Origin: Planctomycetota bacterium
Lineage (GTDB): Bacteria; Planctomycetota; GCA-002687715; DRQF01
Direction of reading: 5' to 3'
NCBI GenBank assembly: GCA_027001995.1
Contig: JALTLO010000076.1
Location: 22,534-61,770, forward strand
Length of the DNA stretch: 39,237 nt
Both the position numbers and the translations under genes were made by a program. The notes under the pieces were generated by a model. That model was given only the letters and a program-made list of their open reading frames with translations. It did not search any database and was not told where the DNA came from. Of this stretch, positions 37,730-39,237 are shown in pieces; position 1 is the first letter of the stretch; every line of letters begins with the position of its first letter.

Positions 37730-39237
37730 CTAGCGCGCTTTGGCATCTTGGAGACGTGCGATCACTAAGGCTATTTTGCCATTCTTCAAGCCGAATTCGG
37801 CTAAGAGAGCGTATCGACCAGCTCGGCAACGAATGTGACCGGCAGCTTGTTGCCATTGTATTCGTGGCAAGACCAAGTCTTGGTCTTGGGATTTGAATTT
37901 GGCGTGCTTTAAGTTGGAGGATTCTTGATGATTGAGTTCAATGCGGAAGTCAAGGCCAAGTAGGTCGCCTTCGACGCAGGGAGAGAGCCTCAGGTAAAGT
38001 CCAGAGAACCCCACTTCCACTGAAGGCACAGCAATATCTGCTCCTTGAGCGACATCAACTTCCACACTCGCAACATAGGCGAATTCCAAACCATCAATCC
38101 ATTCGACCCGGCTCCCGGTCTCCCCGGCCCCCACCATGGAATGAAGGCGAAGGGTGTCGCTGTGGCGCAGCATTTGTCGAAGCCAATCGCCCTCCTTTGC
38201 TGAGCGCAGGTTCTCGACCACAGATCGGTCCACCACAAGAGTAAAACTCTCCATAGTTAAAGACCTTCCCCGGGAAGCAGCGAGTTCAACCAAAAGCTGG
38301 GCGATTCCCTTGTGCTGCTCTGGGCCAGCCGTCACCCAAAGTTGGTCGCCCAAAAGCTCCAAGGAATAGAGATTATCCTCCCAGAATCGTGGTGTGACAC
38401 TTTGACGAATCAGATCATAAACCGAATCAGGCGAAAAATAATTCCAATCAGAACTAAAAACGGAATCTTCCCGAGCCCAGCTATCATTCAACCGTGGCCC
38501 AGCAGTCACCCACCCCAATTCCACGGCGGGAGTGCCCAAGTAGGGCCGCACAAGAAAGCCAGCACTATAGACACGAGTCGATCCCCGAAGCCCTTGGAAA
38601 GCCGGTGTTTCCGTCATGCCGCCGGTCACACGAACAACGACAAAACGTGGTGCCCCATCTGCAGACCCAACACTACCCACCACCATGCCTTCGCCAATTG
38701 CAACTTTTCCTGAAGAGGTGAATTTCCGCGTTTGCATGCGGGGTAATTGAACTGTTGAAACACCGGCTGCTTGGGAAGCATAATCTTCGATGGTCAAACC
38801 GTCAGACAGTGAACCCTGAATACGACTATTCACTTTGCCGTTGGGAAGAGACGAGGGCCGAATAAAGAATTCGAATCCCACAGGTATTTTCACAATATTG
38901 GGTTCCGTCCTGGTGGCAGACTGAGCGATCTGAGGGGACTGAGCTCCGACAATGTGAATAATATCTTGATCACGAATGCGTACTCTCTGGCCATCGATGG
39001 CTTGTGCAGTTGCGCTTGATATCACCTCGATCCCTTGGTTCTTCCCGCCGCGAATGGCAGCGAAGCGCTTGCCATCAATGACGAAACGATTGGCGGCCAA
39101 ACTTGCCAAGGATCCGGCTGTTGCTTTCAGTACCAAGACTTCGACTTGAAATGTCTGGCGACGGGCAGAGGCGATGGAGGTGATGAATCTCTGAACCTTC
39201 TTGACCACATCACTATGATGACGCACGACCAATCTTG
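37730..39237 (-). CDS. Secretin/NolW-like outer-membrane-associated protein, 5'-partial
   Basis: The frame is open to the window end. NolW-like motifs LVVRHHSDVVKKVQRFI and DLIRQSVTPRFW...QLWVTAGPEQHKGIAQLL are each followed by a secretin-like beta region (...P.I..I.VG....I.P...VQLP). Confidence 0.6.
   Translation of the reverse strand, partial: RLVVRHHSDVVKKVQRFITSIASARRQTFQVEVLVLKATAGSLASLAANRFVIDGKRFAAIRGGKNQGIEVISSATAQAIDGQRVRIRDQDIIHIVGAQSPQIAQSATRTEPNIVKIPVGFEFFIRPSSLPNGKVNSRIQGSLSDGLTIEDYASQAAGVSTVQLPRMQTRKFTSSGKVAIGEGMVVGSVGSADGAPRFVVVRVTGGMTETPAFQGLRGSTRVYSAGFLVRPYLGTPAVELGWVTAGPRLNDSWAREDSVFSSDWNYFSPDSVYDLIRQSVTPRFWEDNLYSLELLGDQLWVTAGPEQHKGIAQLLVELAASRGRSLTMESFTLVVDRSVVENLRSAKEGDWLRQMLRHSDTLRLHSMVGAGETGSRVEWIDGLEFAYVASVEVDVAQGADIAVPSVEVGFSGLYLRLSPCVEGDLLGLDFRIELNHQESSNLKHAKFKSQDQDLVLPRIQWQQAAGHIRCRAGRYALLAEFGLKNGKIALVIARLQDAKAR

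Overview
This is a bacterial window of about 50% GC by eye with roughly 25 protein-coding genes. Its gene content suggests an uncultured Planctomycetota-like genome (inference): a DUF1800/DUF1501 pair, several FG-GAP surface proteins, a secretin/NolW-like protein and a Hanks-kinase remnant. I found no rRNA, complete tRNA, CRISPR array, transposase or integrase. Main observations: (1) A hidden exported selenoprotein that the ORF track splits in two. It has an in-frame UGA in a TlpA/thioredoxin W-U-G-P-C motif, followed by a bacterial SECIS-like hairpin, and sits directly behind a DinB-family gene. (2) A translationally coupled DMSO-reductase-family operon (Fe-S subunit, Mo-bisPGD subunit, TorD-like chaperone). 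It lacks a membrane-anchor gene, its catalytic subunit looks like a Tat lipoprotein, and one Fe-S motif has His in place of Cys. (3) A Vms1/ANKZF1-like (bVLRF1) ribosome-rescue factor. (4) Two FG-GAP proteins that appear to share a C-terminal domain, a candidate sorting signal. (5) An OsmC-YcaO fusion, a soluble PilJ/NarX-domain chemoreceptor, a VOC gene with two possible starts, and two hairpin-rich intergenic regions. All family calls come from motif recognition by eye, not from database searches.
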